From a virus, in IMG/VR virus record IMGVR_UViG_3300048910_000074: a DNA stretch of 64,000 nt, one strand, 5' to 3'. Position 1 is the stretch's first letter, and every line of letters starts with the position of its first letter. This document shows positions 40,781-49,295 of this stretch, piece by piece. A model generated the notes under the pieces. The model had not been told where the DNA came from and did not search any database. It saw only the letters and a program-made list of their open reading frames with translations. Position numbers and translations under genes: made by a program.

Positions 40781-41841
40781 CGCGTAAGGCGTTCGTCTTG
40801 ATGACGGCTATGCCGCCGACCACGGGTCACCTGCAGCTGATCCAGTTCGCTAAGGGCTTGTCCGATCACGTCGTGGTGATGTTCACTAGCCAGCCCGACG
40901 AGCCGTTCGCCGAGGAGCGCGCGCTGGCGCTGCAGGTCGCTATCGATCGGGTTGCCTCACTCACCCACACGGAGTTCATCCACTACACCCGGCCCATGGA
41001 CCCCAATCCAGAGTCTGATGGCTTCCGGGACCGCTGGGCGGGCATCATGATCGGTGCCGGTGCCAACCCCGGTGACCTGCTGGTGATCAGTGAGTCCTGG
41101 GGTCGGTGGTTGGCTGAGATGACCGAGATGGACTGGCGTCCCTACGACATCGCTCGGGAGATCAACGCGACCAAGGGCACGCGGGTGCGCGAGGACCCGT
41201 ACCGGAACTGGGACGCCATCCTTCCGGAGTTCCGCAAACACCTTCAGGTACGTGTGACCATCTTCGGGGCGGAGTCGGTCGGCAAGACCACGCTGGCTCA
41301 GCGTCTGCGCGAGGTGCACCACGGCAACAGCCGGTTCCCGGCGTGCACCGTGCTGCCCGAGTACGCGCGCCCGTATCTGGAGAACACCGTCAACGAGATC
41401 ACCGTGCGCTCCATGAAGGCGATCTGGGAGGGCCAGCGGGCGCTGCAGCGCCAGGAATACCTGGATCACCCGCTGATCGTTCAGGACACTGACCTGTTAT
41501 CCACCTGGGGGTACTGGAAGTACTGGACAGAGCGAATCGATCAGAAACGTAATCTCGGCTGGCCACCCGATCAGCTGTATTCGGATGCTCGCGAGCTGAA
41601 GAGTGACCTCTACATCATGCCGCCGTCGGTGGTGCCTTTCGAGCCCGATCCGTTGCGTTACGGCGGCGATCGACGGGAGATCGAAGACGACTATTGGATC
41701 AATCTCTGTTCGTGGCAGAACCTGAACTTTCGGATTCTTGGTCGGGCTCCCGAGTACTGGGTGAGTGAAGCCACCGAGATGATCCGGCAGGAGATGAAGA
41801 AGAAGGCTGAGCTGATGGTCTATGACCGTAATGGGTACTGA
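40777..41841 (+). CDS. nadR: NadR-like bifunctional NMN adenylyltransferase/ribosylnicotinamide kinase
   Basis: N-terminal MPPTTGH (HxGH-like), then GAESVGKTT Walker A, PEYAR, DTDLLST, DPLRYGG. Confidence 0.85.
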   Translation: MTRKAFVLMTAMPPTTGHLQLIQFAKGLSDHVVVMFTSQPDEPFAEERALALQVAIDRVASLTHTEFIHYTRPMDPNPESDGFRDRWAGIMIGAGANPGDLLVISESWGRWLAEMTEMDWRPYDIAREINATKGTRVREDPYRNWDAILPEFRKHLQVRVTIFGAESVGKTTLAQRLREVHHGNSRFPACTVLPEYARPYLENTVNEITVRSMKAIWEGQRALQRQEYLDHPLIVQDTDLLSTWGYWKYWTERIDQKRNLGWPPDQLYSDARELKSDLYIMPPSVVPFEPDPLRYGGDRREIEDDYWINLCSWQNLNFRILGRAPEYWVSEATEMIRQEMKKKAELMVYDRNGY

Positions 41842-42406
41842 GAAGGGTATGACCGTCCTGGTCAGTGATGATCGCGGGCGCGTCGCCTGCGGGGAGTATC
41901 TGGCTCTGGAGATCGTCGCCTATGAGATTCTGGCTGAGGACCGGCGCAATGGCTCCAAGCGCATAGTCGACCAGCAGTTTTGGCTGTCTGAAGAGCAGTT
42001 CAGTCTGCGATACAAGCACGAGGTCTACAACAAGAACGGCGTCGCTGAGGCATCCCTGTATCAGGGCATGTACCGGCGGGCGTACAACCCGTTGATGGCG
42101 CATGACAGTCGACCGAGAAGGAAGTTCCGGGTCAACAGTGATGAGCTTGAGGACCCTTACTTCGATGTCAAAAGGCAGGGGGCGACACCCCATGCGAACA
42201 TCAGTGCAGACCCCTGGGGCCCAGCCCGGTCACCCTGGTGGAACGACTACGGCTACCACGGTCTGGACCGTTATCAGCGCTGCCGCATCCGCCGGGCGTA
42301 CTGGTCGGCAGGGACGCAGAAGCTGATCGTCAAGGCACAACTGGCCGAGAAGTACGGAGTACCGCCCTGGGTCATCTCACGAGTTGCGATATCTTCCAGG
42401 AGCTGA
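41822..42406 (+). CDS. Hypothetical protein with C-terminal HTH-like motif
   Basis: QLAEKYGVPPWVISRV. Confidence 0.5.
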   Translation: MTVMGTEKGMTVLVSDDRGRVACGEYLALEIVAYEILAEDRRNGSKRIVDQQFWLSEEQFSLRYKHEVYNKNGVAEASLYQGMYRRAYNPLMAHDSRPRRKFRVNSDELEDPYFDVKRQGATPHANISADPWGPARSPWWNDYGYHGLDRYQRCRIRRAYWSAGTQKLIVKAQLAEKYGVPPWVISRVAISSRS

Positions 42407-42437
42407 AATACTTGAACACCACCCACGAGAGGAAAAG

Positions 42438-42767
42438 TGCATGATCGGAAAACTCCTCGGAGCGACCCTAATCGCCGGGGCGGTCTTGACCGCCGTCCCA
42501 GCCCAGGCTGATGAACCCTTCATGGTGTGCCCATCGGGCAACACCGGGGTAGCCAACACGATCACCTCTTGTCCGTTCGCCGACAGCGTCCGTCTGGCCT
42601 ACATCGCCCAGGGTGCCGGTGAGGTCATCGCTCACTCATCGGTGACCGGCGAGGTCTACGGCATGTGGTGCATGCCGGGCCTGCAGGTACGCACCCTGTC
42701 GTGGCCGTACAGTGCGCGAGCGGTGCGCTGCTCGGGAGGAAACAACGCTGTCGTGTGGCTGTTTTGA
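42438..42767 (+). CDS. Small secreted Cys-containing protein
   Basis: Signal peptide ending AQA; CPSG..TSCPFA..VRLAY..SSVTGEVYGMWC. Confidence 0.65.
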   Translation, partial: CMIGKLLGATLIAGAVLTAVPAQADEPFMVCPSGNTGVANTITSCPFADSVRLAYIAQGAGEVIAHSSVTGEVYGMWCMPGLQVRTLSWPYSARAVRCSGGNNAVVWLF

Positions 42768-43178
42768 CCCTGGGTGCAAGCCTTCCGGAACCGTCAATAG
42801 GTGATCGACCGGAAGGAGCTTTCGTGAACAGCGAGAAGTCCATCTACGTGAAGCTGTACCTCGGTGAGCAGGACGGATACGAGGACACCATCATGACCGT
42901 GAACGGTCGGTGGCCCGATCACTTTTTCGTCCATCCGCTCAGTGATGCGCCTCAGGTGCAGAATGCCGAGCGCGAACACGCCGATGACAAGGACATTGTC
43001 CGGGCTATCAAGGATGCGCTGGCAGTGCTGTGCTACGAGTTCACCAAGGCCGACCCCAAGGCGGGCGTGACGGGTGGGAAACAGTACCTGTACACGCGCT
43101 GCCCAGCGTACGACAGGGCTGTTGTAGACCCTGCCGCCGAGGGCGTGACACCTCCAAAGGTGTAGGAGGTATCACCCC

Positions 43179-43640
43179 ATGTTCAAGAACGCAGAACGCG
43201 ACCCGCTGGCCATTCCGTCACGGGGTGCTCGTCGTCCGTCGATGGGTCCGATGCGGCGTGTCGCTGCGGCTGCTGAGGACGCTTACGACCGGGAGGCCGA
43301 GGATGAGATGCATCGTCGCCACCAAGAGCGTGGCGGGGAGGGCACCCCTGATCCTCGCGACTTCCATGCCAATCTGCCTCGGCCAGTTGCCAAGGTGTTG
43401 GATCGGGAAGCGCGCGCCTTCATGGAGCGTGAAGGCAATACCGATGACCGTTCAGAGCTTCTCTACCGCGCTCGCCGTCACGCGAGCACTCTGACTTCCA
43501 CCTGGAGCCGAGACGCCTCGGAGAAGGTCACCACGGCCTTCTGTGGACGTGTGGCAGCGTTGATCCCCAGCAGGCCTCGCATGGCTGCTGCTCAGCCGGT
43601 GACCAAGTTCGCCGACTTTGACGATTCGCTGCTCTACTGA
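43179..43640 (+). CDS. Hypothetical protein
   Basis: AGGAGG RBS, 153 aa. Confidence 0.65.
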   Translation: MFKNAERDPLAIPSRGARRPSMGPMRRVAAAAEDAYDREAEDEMHRRHQERGGEGTPDPRDFHANLPRPVAKVLDREARAFMEREGNTDDRSELLYRARRHASTLTSTWSRDASEKVTTAFCGRVAALIPSRPRMAAAQPVTKFADFDDSLLY

Positions 43641-43689
43641 CCGCCGTGTTTCTTCGAGGAGGGCGGCGTGAGCGAGATGAGGTTTAGCA

Positions 43690-45211
43690 GTGGCGAAGTG
43701 GCGCAATCCGCTCGCGGACAAGAAGCCCACCACGGTGGGCCTCTTTCTGATGACCGCACTCTGGGCTGGCTTCCAGTGGAAGGACCCGACACCTCCGCCG
43801 GTCCTTGACCAGATTCTGGTCGCAAGTTTCGGTGCCTGGTTTGCGGCGGAAGCAGTAGACAACAACAAAAAGAAGAAGAACGATTCTGACCAGAAGGACG
43901 ATGACGAGGACACCAAGGGTGGAACCTGATGCATGTGCTCTCCGATATCCTGAGCGGTTTTGCGACCTGGCATACGCCAGTGTCGTTCCTCGCGGGTATC
44001 GGTACACACCGTCTCTGGATTAGGTTTTTGGTTGATAGGGAGGCACCACGTGACCGAGACGAATGACGACACCCGCTGGCCTGGACGAGCCTGGGTGGTT
44101 CTGTTCTTGGCAGGCGTCTTCGTCTGCTGGATCGGATGGAACACTCAGACGGCTCGTAACGAGACTGACCGACAGGCGCAGCAGACCACGGATTTTGCCA
44201 GACAGACCAACGAGTGCCTGTCATTGGTGATCGGCGTTCTCAAGACCCGCGTGGGTTACAACGAGCAGTTGGACACCATCAATCAGCGTCGGGTAGCTCT
44301 GGATGCCAGGCGTCAGGTGGTGTGGGAGAAGCTGGTTGCCGATCTGGCTCAAGCCAACAACAGCGACGGCTTGAACATGGAGGCGCTCAAGGCCTTCATG
44401 TCAGCAAACGCCGAGGTCAAGGCGGGGCAAGTCAAGCTGCTGGCTGACGAGGCGAAACTGACCCAGGACCGTAATGCCAACGCTTACCCGGAACCCAACT
44501 GTGGGATTAAGCTGCCTGAGCGGTGAGGGTCTACAACTGGGTGGCCATGGTGATGATCATGGTGCTGATTGCGGTCACCGCAGTCGTTCCTGCGACAGCA
44601 GCGCCATACTACTCATGTAGGGATGGGCGCATCGTTCAGAACGCGAGCGACTGCCTCATTCCCCGCCAGCCGATCTCGGTGCTCCCTGGCGCACCAGGAC
44701 ACGGTGACGGTGGGGGCCTACTCGGTACCATCCACCGATTGCTCGGGGGATTGACGGGAGGACTGCTGTGACGGCGGTAGACAGGATCGACTGCGAGCGC
44801 ATCGATCACCAGGGCTTCGTGCCCGAGATTTACGCGGGGCTGATGCTGACCTCGTTCTACCTGGCCCAGCTGGGTCCCAACATCCCCGTGCTGAATGACA
44901 CCCTGGAGGACGGGCTGAACGTGTCGTTGTTCGCGGGCACCTTGTTGGGTCTGGTCGGCGTAGTGACAGGTACCAGGTTGGTGTTTCCCCGGCTTCGCCG
45001 CCGGATCAGCTACATGATCGGATTGTGTGGCATCCCGCTGATCATCCTGCCGCTGGCCCTGTACACCTACGCCACTTTCGATAACGACAACTTGGTCATG
45101 ACGGCCCTGTCCGGTGGGCTGGGGCTGTGCATCGAGGTTGGCCTACTGCGCATGTTTGTGGACCTGGTTCAGGACCTGACCACCGATCATTCCGCTCACA
45201 GGCATTCATAA
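43690..45211 (+). CDS. Cluster of membrane proteins (43690-43929, ~44050-44526, 44523-44771, 44768-45211)
   Basis: TM segments; coupled starts; function not assignable. Confidence 0.55.
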
Positions 45212-45233
45212 CAGCTGCTAGAATGGAGAGACC

Positions 45234-45533
45234 ATGTCATTGACCGTCACCCTGTACACCAAGCCCGAGTGCGTCCAGTGTGTTCAGACCAAGAAGCTGA
45301 TGGAGAAGGAGGGGATTCCCTTCACGTCTGTCGACGTCAGCGAGGATGCAGAAGCCCTTGACTACATCAAGAACCAGCTCAATTACCTCGGTGCCCCCGT
45401 GGTGCAGTGGGAGGCTGGCGGCGTTGTCGGCGGTCACTGGTCTGGATTCCGTCCAGACCAGGTCCGGGAGCTGAAGGTCTATGTCCGCGATGAGTCGGTT
45501 ACCAGCTCTCTGGTGGGCGTGAACGGCGGCTAG
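45234..45533 (+). CDS. nrdH: NrdH-like glutaredoxin
   Basis: TLYTKPECVQC..APVV..HWSGFRPD. Confidence 0.88.
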   Translation: MSLTVTLYTKPECVQCVQTKKLMEKEGIPFTSVDVSEDAEALDYIKNQLNYLGAPVVQWEAGGVVGGHWSGFRPDQVRELKVYVRDESVTSSLVGVNGG

Positions 45534-45535
45534 TC

Positions 45536-47626
45536 ATGAGTATGTGGGGGTTGTGGGGGCTCACCGGGGCTGATGATCCATCAGACCAAACGCGGGAAGC
45601 CGCTCTCGATCTGGATGACTACCGGATGGAGCGACACCGTCAGGAGGTCGCCCTGGAAGGGCTCACTGGCGGTCACCCGGCGGATATTGCCGATCATTTC
45701 GCCCGTGGCGGCGAGCCCTTGATCACCTACAAGGACTGGCTCAAAAACAAGAAGATCAGCGATGGGGAGCAAGCCCAGCGCGAGGGGCCGGTCAGCCACG
45801 AGACATACACCCCAGACGCTGACGCGTGGGGCACCAACGAAGAACTTCCATCGTGGGTTGTCGCTCGATTCGTGACCGCTGGTGCTGCCGGTGATCCGTC
45901 GCAGTGGGTCCAGACCCCCGAGGGCTACGACCACCCCGAGGGATTCCGCGTCCGCCCTTCCACCGAGCACGACGGCTGGCAGCTCTGGGCACCAGCGGCC
46001 AGCATGGGTGGCGAATCGTGGGCCAAGATGCGCGCTCCCTCCGGTGACCTGCAGGACCAGTTCGATTCGCTGCATCAGATGCTGAATCGCTCCAACATCA
46101 GTCAGTGGTTCCGCCGTGGTGGCGGCGTCATGCATCACCGTAGTGAGTTGATCAAAGAGAAGATTCCCGCTGATCGAAACTGGCTGGAACCAGACAGCCC
46201 TTTTCAGGAGTACGACGATGTTCCGTCAACGCCAGTCGATTACACCCAGCACAACGATGAGCCTTCTGGAGACTGGTACCACGTCACATCACAGTCCCTG
46301 ACCCCCGGTACCAAGTTGGTTCCCGGCGGAGGTCATGGGCTGCACGACACGGCTTCTTCTGAGTGGGATCAAGACTCCGGGATGGGTAATCGACGGAATC
46401 ACGTCTGGCTGGCTCCCAACATCGAGAAAGCGATGTTCTGGCAGTCTCAGTTGGGACCTGACTCTCGTATTCACCAGGTGCATCCTGGGGCCAAACCACA
46501 GCGGTGGAATATGACCGGCAGTGAAGGTTGGGTGGTTCCTCACGCTCACGTCATTCAGGACATCACTGACGATCCGAATCTGGCCAGCTTGCGTCAAGCT
46601 CGCGTGGAGATGCCCTACATCCGCAACAACGGTGGTGTGCGTCAGTGGGCCAGCCCGGACGACTACAGCCAGAAGGTCGAGCCGTGGGGCCGGTACATGT
46701 CCGACGGTCAGTACTCCGACGGCCCACTCAATCCGGGGTGGGAGCGCGGCACCGTCGGCTTCGAGAACCCCATGTACATGCCGCACGATGACGGTAATTG
46801 GAAGCAGAATCTCTCCCAGGCTCATGGAGGCCTGACCGGTCGTCAGCTTTCCGATGCCCTGCTGGCCAAAGGCCACGACGGCGTCATCACCCACGACAGG
46901 TACGGCATCGGTGAGATCGTGGACTTGCGCCCCAAGGACCAGCGCGGCCACCAGGTGCAGCACGTCGCCGAAGCTATCGATCGGCACGACCCAAAAGGCC
47001 CCGCGCCCCGATCTGGAGTACCTTCGTCGCCTGGCTCGTCGCGCACAGCGGAGTGGGATGGCACCACAGCTACCCCAGGCCCAGGTCACAAACCCTCCAC
47101 GACACCTTTCATCGCGCGCGGCATGGACGTCAGCCTGCCGGACGATGATCACGACCTGTTCCACGCCATCAACGAGCACCGGGCCACCCCGGAGCACATG
47201 AAGCGGCTGCTCACCCAGCAGGGTCCGAACGTCGGCGTCTGGTGGGGTACCTACAGCCATCCTGACTCTCCTGACCCGCACGCCTACGGAAACTTCGATG
47301 ATTTCGAGGCCCACGCCGGGGCCAATGAGGAGTCAGTGGCCAAGTACCACGACTCTGGCGAATACCACGATCGAGTGGCTGAAGACGGCGGGCAGGGTCC
47401 CGGTCAGATTTTCGCGTCCACGCCGGTCGTTATGGTCGGCAAGCGCCCCCAGCGCGGCGGTGCTCCCTGGGACCCCGAGCTGCACAATCCGGCTGACAGC
47501 CTGATGGGCAACAGCTACCTGGACGACAACGAGCCGGTCGATCTCCACGAGGTGCACTACCACTCTGGTCGCGGCTGGGTGAAGGTTCCCATGCAGGGAC
47601 ATCAGGTCTTGGCATTCCTGATCTAG
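45536..47626 (+). CDS. Multidomain protein with ADP-ribosyltransferase-like domain(s)
   Basis: WYHVTSQSLTPGTKLVPG..VWLAP..A.FW..RIHQVHP (~46270-46560) resembles the Arr-type ART fold; FENP..KGHDGVI..EIV (~46760-46930) resembles ART-PolyVal. Confidence 0.55.
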   Translation: MSMWGLWGLTGADDPSDQTREAALDLDDYRMERHRQEVALEGLTGGHPADIADHFARGGEPLITYKDWLKNKKISDGEQAQREGPVSHETYTPDADAWGTNEELPSWVVARFVTAGAAGDPSQWVQTPEGYDHPEGFRVRPSTEHDGWQLWAPAASMGGESWAKMRAPSGDLQDQFDSLHQMLNRSNISQWFRRGGGVMHHRSELIKEKIPADRNWLEPDSPFQEYDDVPSTPVDYTQHNDEPSGDWYHVTSQSLTPGTKLVPGGGHGLHDTASSEWDQDSGMGNRRNHVWLAPNIEKAMFWQSQLGPDSRIHQVHPGAKPQRWNMTGSEGWVVPHAHVIQDITDDPNLASLRQARVEMPYIRNNGGVRQWASPDDYSQKVEPWGRYMSDGQYSDGPLNPGWERGTVGFENPMYMPHDDGNWKQNLSQAHGGLTGRQLSDALLAKGHDGVITHDRYGIGEIVDLRPKDQRGHQVQHVAEAIDRHDPKGPAPRSGVPSSPGSSRTAEWDGTTATPGPGHKPSTTPFIARGMDVSLPDDDHDLFHAINEHRATPEHMKRLLTQQGPNVGVWWGTYSHPDSPDPHAYGNFDDFEAHAGANEESVAKYHDSGEYHDRVAEDGGQGPGQIFASTPVVMVGKRPQRGGAPWDPELHNPADSLMGNSYLDDNEPVDLHEVHYHSGRGWVKVPMQGHQVLAFLI

Positions 47627-47713
47627 TCGTGCTACAGTGGTCACCATGTTCACCGCCCTGAGTTTGTCATCCTCCCTACGACTTTCGTAGGTTGAGGGCT
47701 CTTGCCCTCGTCT

Positions 47714-47796
47714 GGAGGGTGAGTATCAGGTGATACAGGTGGATTGCTAATCCGCTACGGTACACATCCCGTGAAGTTCGAATCTTCCTCCCTCCG
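47714..47796 (+). tRNA. tRNA-Ser(GCT)
   Basis: GGAGGG/CCCTCC acceptor, TTGCTAA loop, long variable arm, TTCGAAT T-loop. Confidence 0.85.
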
Positions 47797-47862
47797 CAAA
47801 GCCTTCCCTCCCGGATGTGATGCCAGGTAACGCTGGTGCGAGTGTCGAGTGGGGAGGCCTTT

Positions 47863-47945
47863 GGAAGATACCGCTAGATGGTCGGCAACCGGCGTCGAAT
47901 ACCGGGGCTGGGTAACTCCAGGGGGTTCGATTCCTCTATCTTCCG
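47863..47945 (+). tRNA. tRNA-Ser(CGA)
   Basis: GGAAGAT/ATCTTCC acceptor, GTCGAAT loop, long variable arm, GGTTCGATTCC. Confidence 0.8.
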
Positions 47946-47949
47946 CGTT

Positions 47950-48033
47950 GGAGAGTGAACTGGGTAGGCACCCAGGTCCGCTTGGAAAGCGGCACGTGTC
48001 GCAAGGCATGGGTTTCGAGTACCTCTCTCTCCG
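47950..48033 (+). tRNA. tRNA-Ser(GGA)
   Basis: GGAGAG/CTCTCC acceptor, CCGC-TTGGAAA-GCGG, long variable arm. Confidence 0.82.
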
Positions 48034-48056
48034 CGCTACAACTGAATAGTGACCAT

Positions 48057-48143
48057 GCCTGTGTGATGGAATTGGAAGACTTGCCAGATTCAGAATCTGG
48101 TGTCCGTGAGGGCGTGTGGGTTCGAGTCCCACCACAGGTACCA
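48057..48143 (+). tRNA. tRNA-Leu(CAG)
   Basis: CCAGA-TTCAGAA-TCTGG, long variable arm, TTCGAGT, encoded ACCA. Confidence 0.9.
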
Positions 48144-48144
48144 T

Positions 48145-48217
48145 GGTGCGGTAACCCAACGGCAGAGGTAGTGGTCTGAGAGGCCATTCAGTGGGGGTTC
48201 GAATCCCCCTCGCACTA
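48145..48217 (+). tRNA. tRNA with GAG anticodon (nominal Leu), short variable loop
   Basis: GTGGT-CTGAGAG-GCCAT, GGGGG-TTCGAAT-CCCCC. Confidence 0.8.
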
Positions 48218-48218
48218 C

Positions 48219-48302
48219 GCCCGAGTGGTGAAACAGGCAGTCGCGCCAGGCTCAAACCCTGGTGTCCGCAAGGACGTGCGGGTTCGAGCCCCGCCTCGGG
48301 TA
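48219..48302 (+). tRNA. tRNA-Leu(CAA)
   Basis: GCCCGAG/CTCGGGT, CCAGG-CTCAAAC-CCTGG, long variable arm. Confidence 0.88.
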
Positions 48303-48516
48303 CTTCAGCTGCGCTCGGCGAGAACCTGGGCATGTGGAAGCATGTTCAGCTCGTCGTTCTGGTCATTGCAGGAAGTCAGGCTCAGTGTCATCGCGAGCAC
48401 CGCAAAAAGTGTCTTCATGACTACCAGAATACACCCAAACCCTGTAGAATCCCTATAGTGGAATCAACACTTGACAGGGCGCGCGGACGTCATGCTATGG
48501 TGGTGCGGTGTAGAAG

Positions 48517-48909
48517 ATGAGTCAAGAGCCTCAGGCCCAATCCGATAAGTTCTATATCGCGGTTCGCCGAGACCTTCCACCAGGCCCCCAGTTGGCCCAG
48601 TCTGTTCACGCAGCTATCCAGTTCTGTCATGAATGGCCCGGCATCGCTGAGCGCTGGTACACAGAATCCAACTTCCTCGTGGTCGTTTCCGTGAAGGACG
48701 AGCAGGCGCTCAAGGAGCTGGCCGAGAACGCCAGGCTCTTGGAGCTGAAGTACTCTGCCGTCCAGGAACCCGATTACAAGGACGCCTGGACCGCTGTGGC
48801 CCTGGAGCCTGGCGAGATTGCCCGCATGATGTGCTGCTATGAGGACCTGGCCCTCAAGACGGCTGAAGAGCCGCCGCTGATGGACTGGGAAGACATGATC
48901 AAAAACTGA
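48517..48909 (+). CDS. Peptidyl-tRNA hydrolase 2 (PTH2)-like protein
   Basis: YIAVRRDL..GPQLAQSVHAA..VVVSV..VQEPD..TAVALEP; lies within the tRNA cluster. Confidence 0.8.
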   Translation: MSQEPQAQSDKFYIAVRRDLPPGPQLAQSVHAAIQFCHEWPGIAERWYTESNFLVVVSVKDEQALKELAENARLLELKYSAVQEPDYKDAWTAVALEPGEIARMMCCYEDLALKTAEEPPLMDWEDMIKN

Positions 48910-48919
48910 ACAGAGACTT

Positions 48920-48994
48920 GGGAGCCCTGTGGGGTCGTGGCATCTCGTGACAACGGATGCACCGAGGGAGGTTCAATTCCTCCCACTCCCGCCA
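48920..48994 (+). tRNA. Degenerate tRNA or tRNA-like RNA, anticodon ambiguous
   Basis: GGGAG/CTCCC-GCCA, GGAGG-TTCAATT-CCTCC T-arm; mismatched anticodon stem. Confidence 0.5.
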
Positions 48995-48995
48995 A

Positions 48996-49049
48996 CGGGG
49001 AGATGCAGTTTAGCTTGCTCTGGAGGTTCGTGACCTTCCTCCCCGACCA
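48996..49049 (+). ncRNA. 54-nt mini tRNA-like RNA with no anticodon arm
   Basis: CGGGGAG/CTCCCCG-ACCA acceptor, one small hairpin, GGAGG-TTCGTGA-CCTTC T-like arm. Confidence 0.55.
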
Positions 49050-49050
49050 T

Positions 49051-49155
49051 GGGGCTGTGCAATTGGAGCACCTGATCCGGCACCGCAGCGAGGTGAGCGC
49101 TCACCAGACTGTAGGACCGGGGAGGGGCGGGTTCGATTCCCGGCCAGCCCCACCA
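49051..49155 (+). ncRNA. 105-nt tRNA-like RNA with expanded anticodon region
   Basis: GGGGCTG/CAGCCCC-ACCA, GTGC..GCAC D-arm, GGTTCGATTCC, internal GGTGAGCGCTCACC hairpin. Confidence 0.55.
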
Positions 49156-49156
49156 A

Positions 49157-49228
49157 GCGGTATGGCGCACGGCGCGCTAGGAGCCTCTAAACCTCCAACG
49201 CTGGGTTCGATCCCCAGGTACCGCACCA
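49157..49228 (+). tRNA. tRNA with CTA anticodon (amber suppressor/Pyl-like)
   Basis: GCGGTAT/GTACCGC-ACCA, GGAGC-CTCTAAA-CCTCC, CTGGG-TTCGATC-CCCAG. Confidence 0.75.
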
Positions 49229-49295
49229 CACTGTAGAAGTCGCAAGCAGCATCCCGAACCAGTAGGGACAACACCACCACTGGAAGTAGGCAGGG

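Noticed and set aside
43690-45211. Holin/lysis cassette
   Set aside because: Membrane ORFs are present but no endolysin or LysB is recognisable nearby, so function cannot be supported
49051-49155. tmRNA
   Set aside because: Far too short, no tag reading frame, and G3:C70 rather than the G3:U70 alanine determinant
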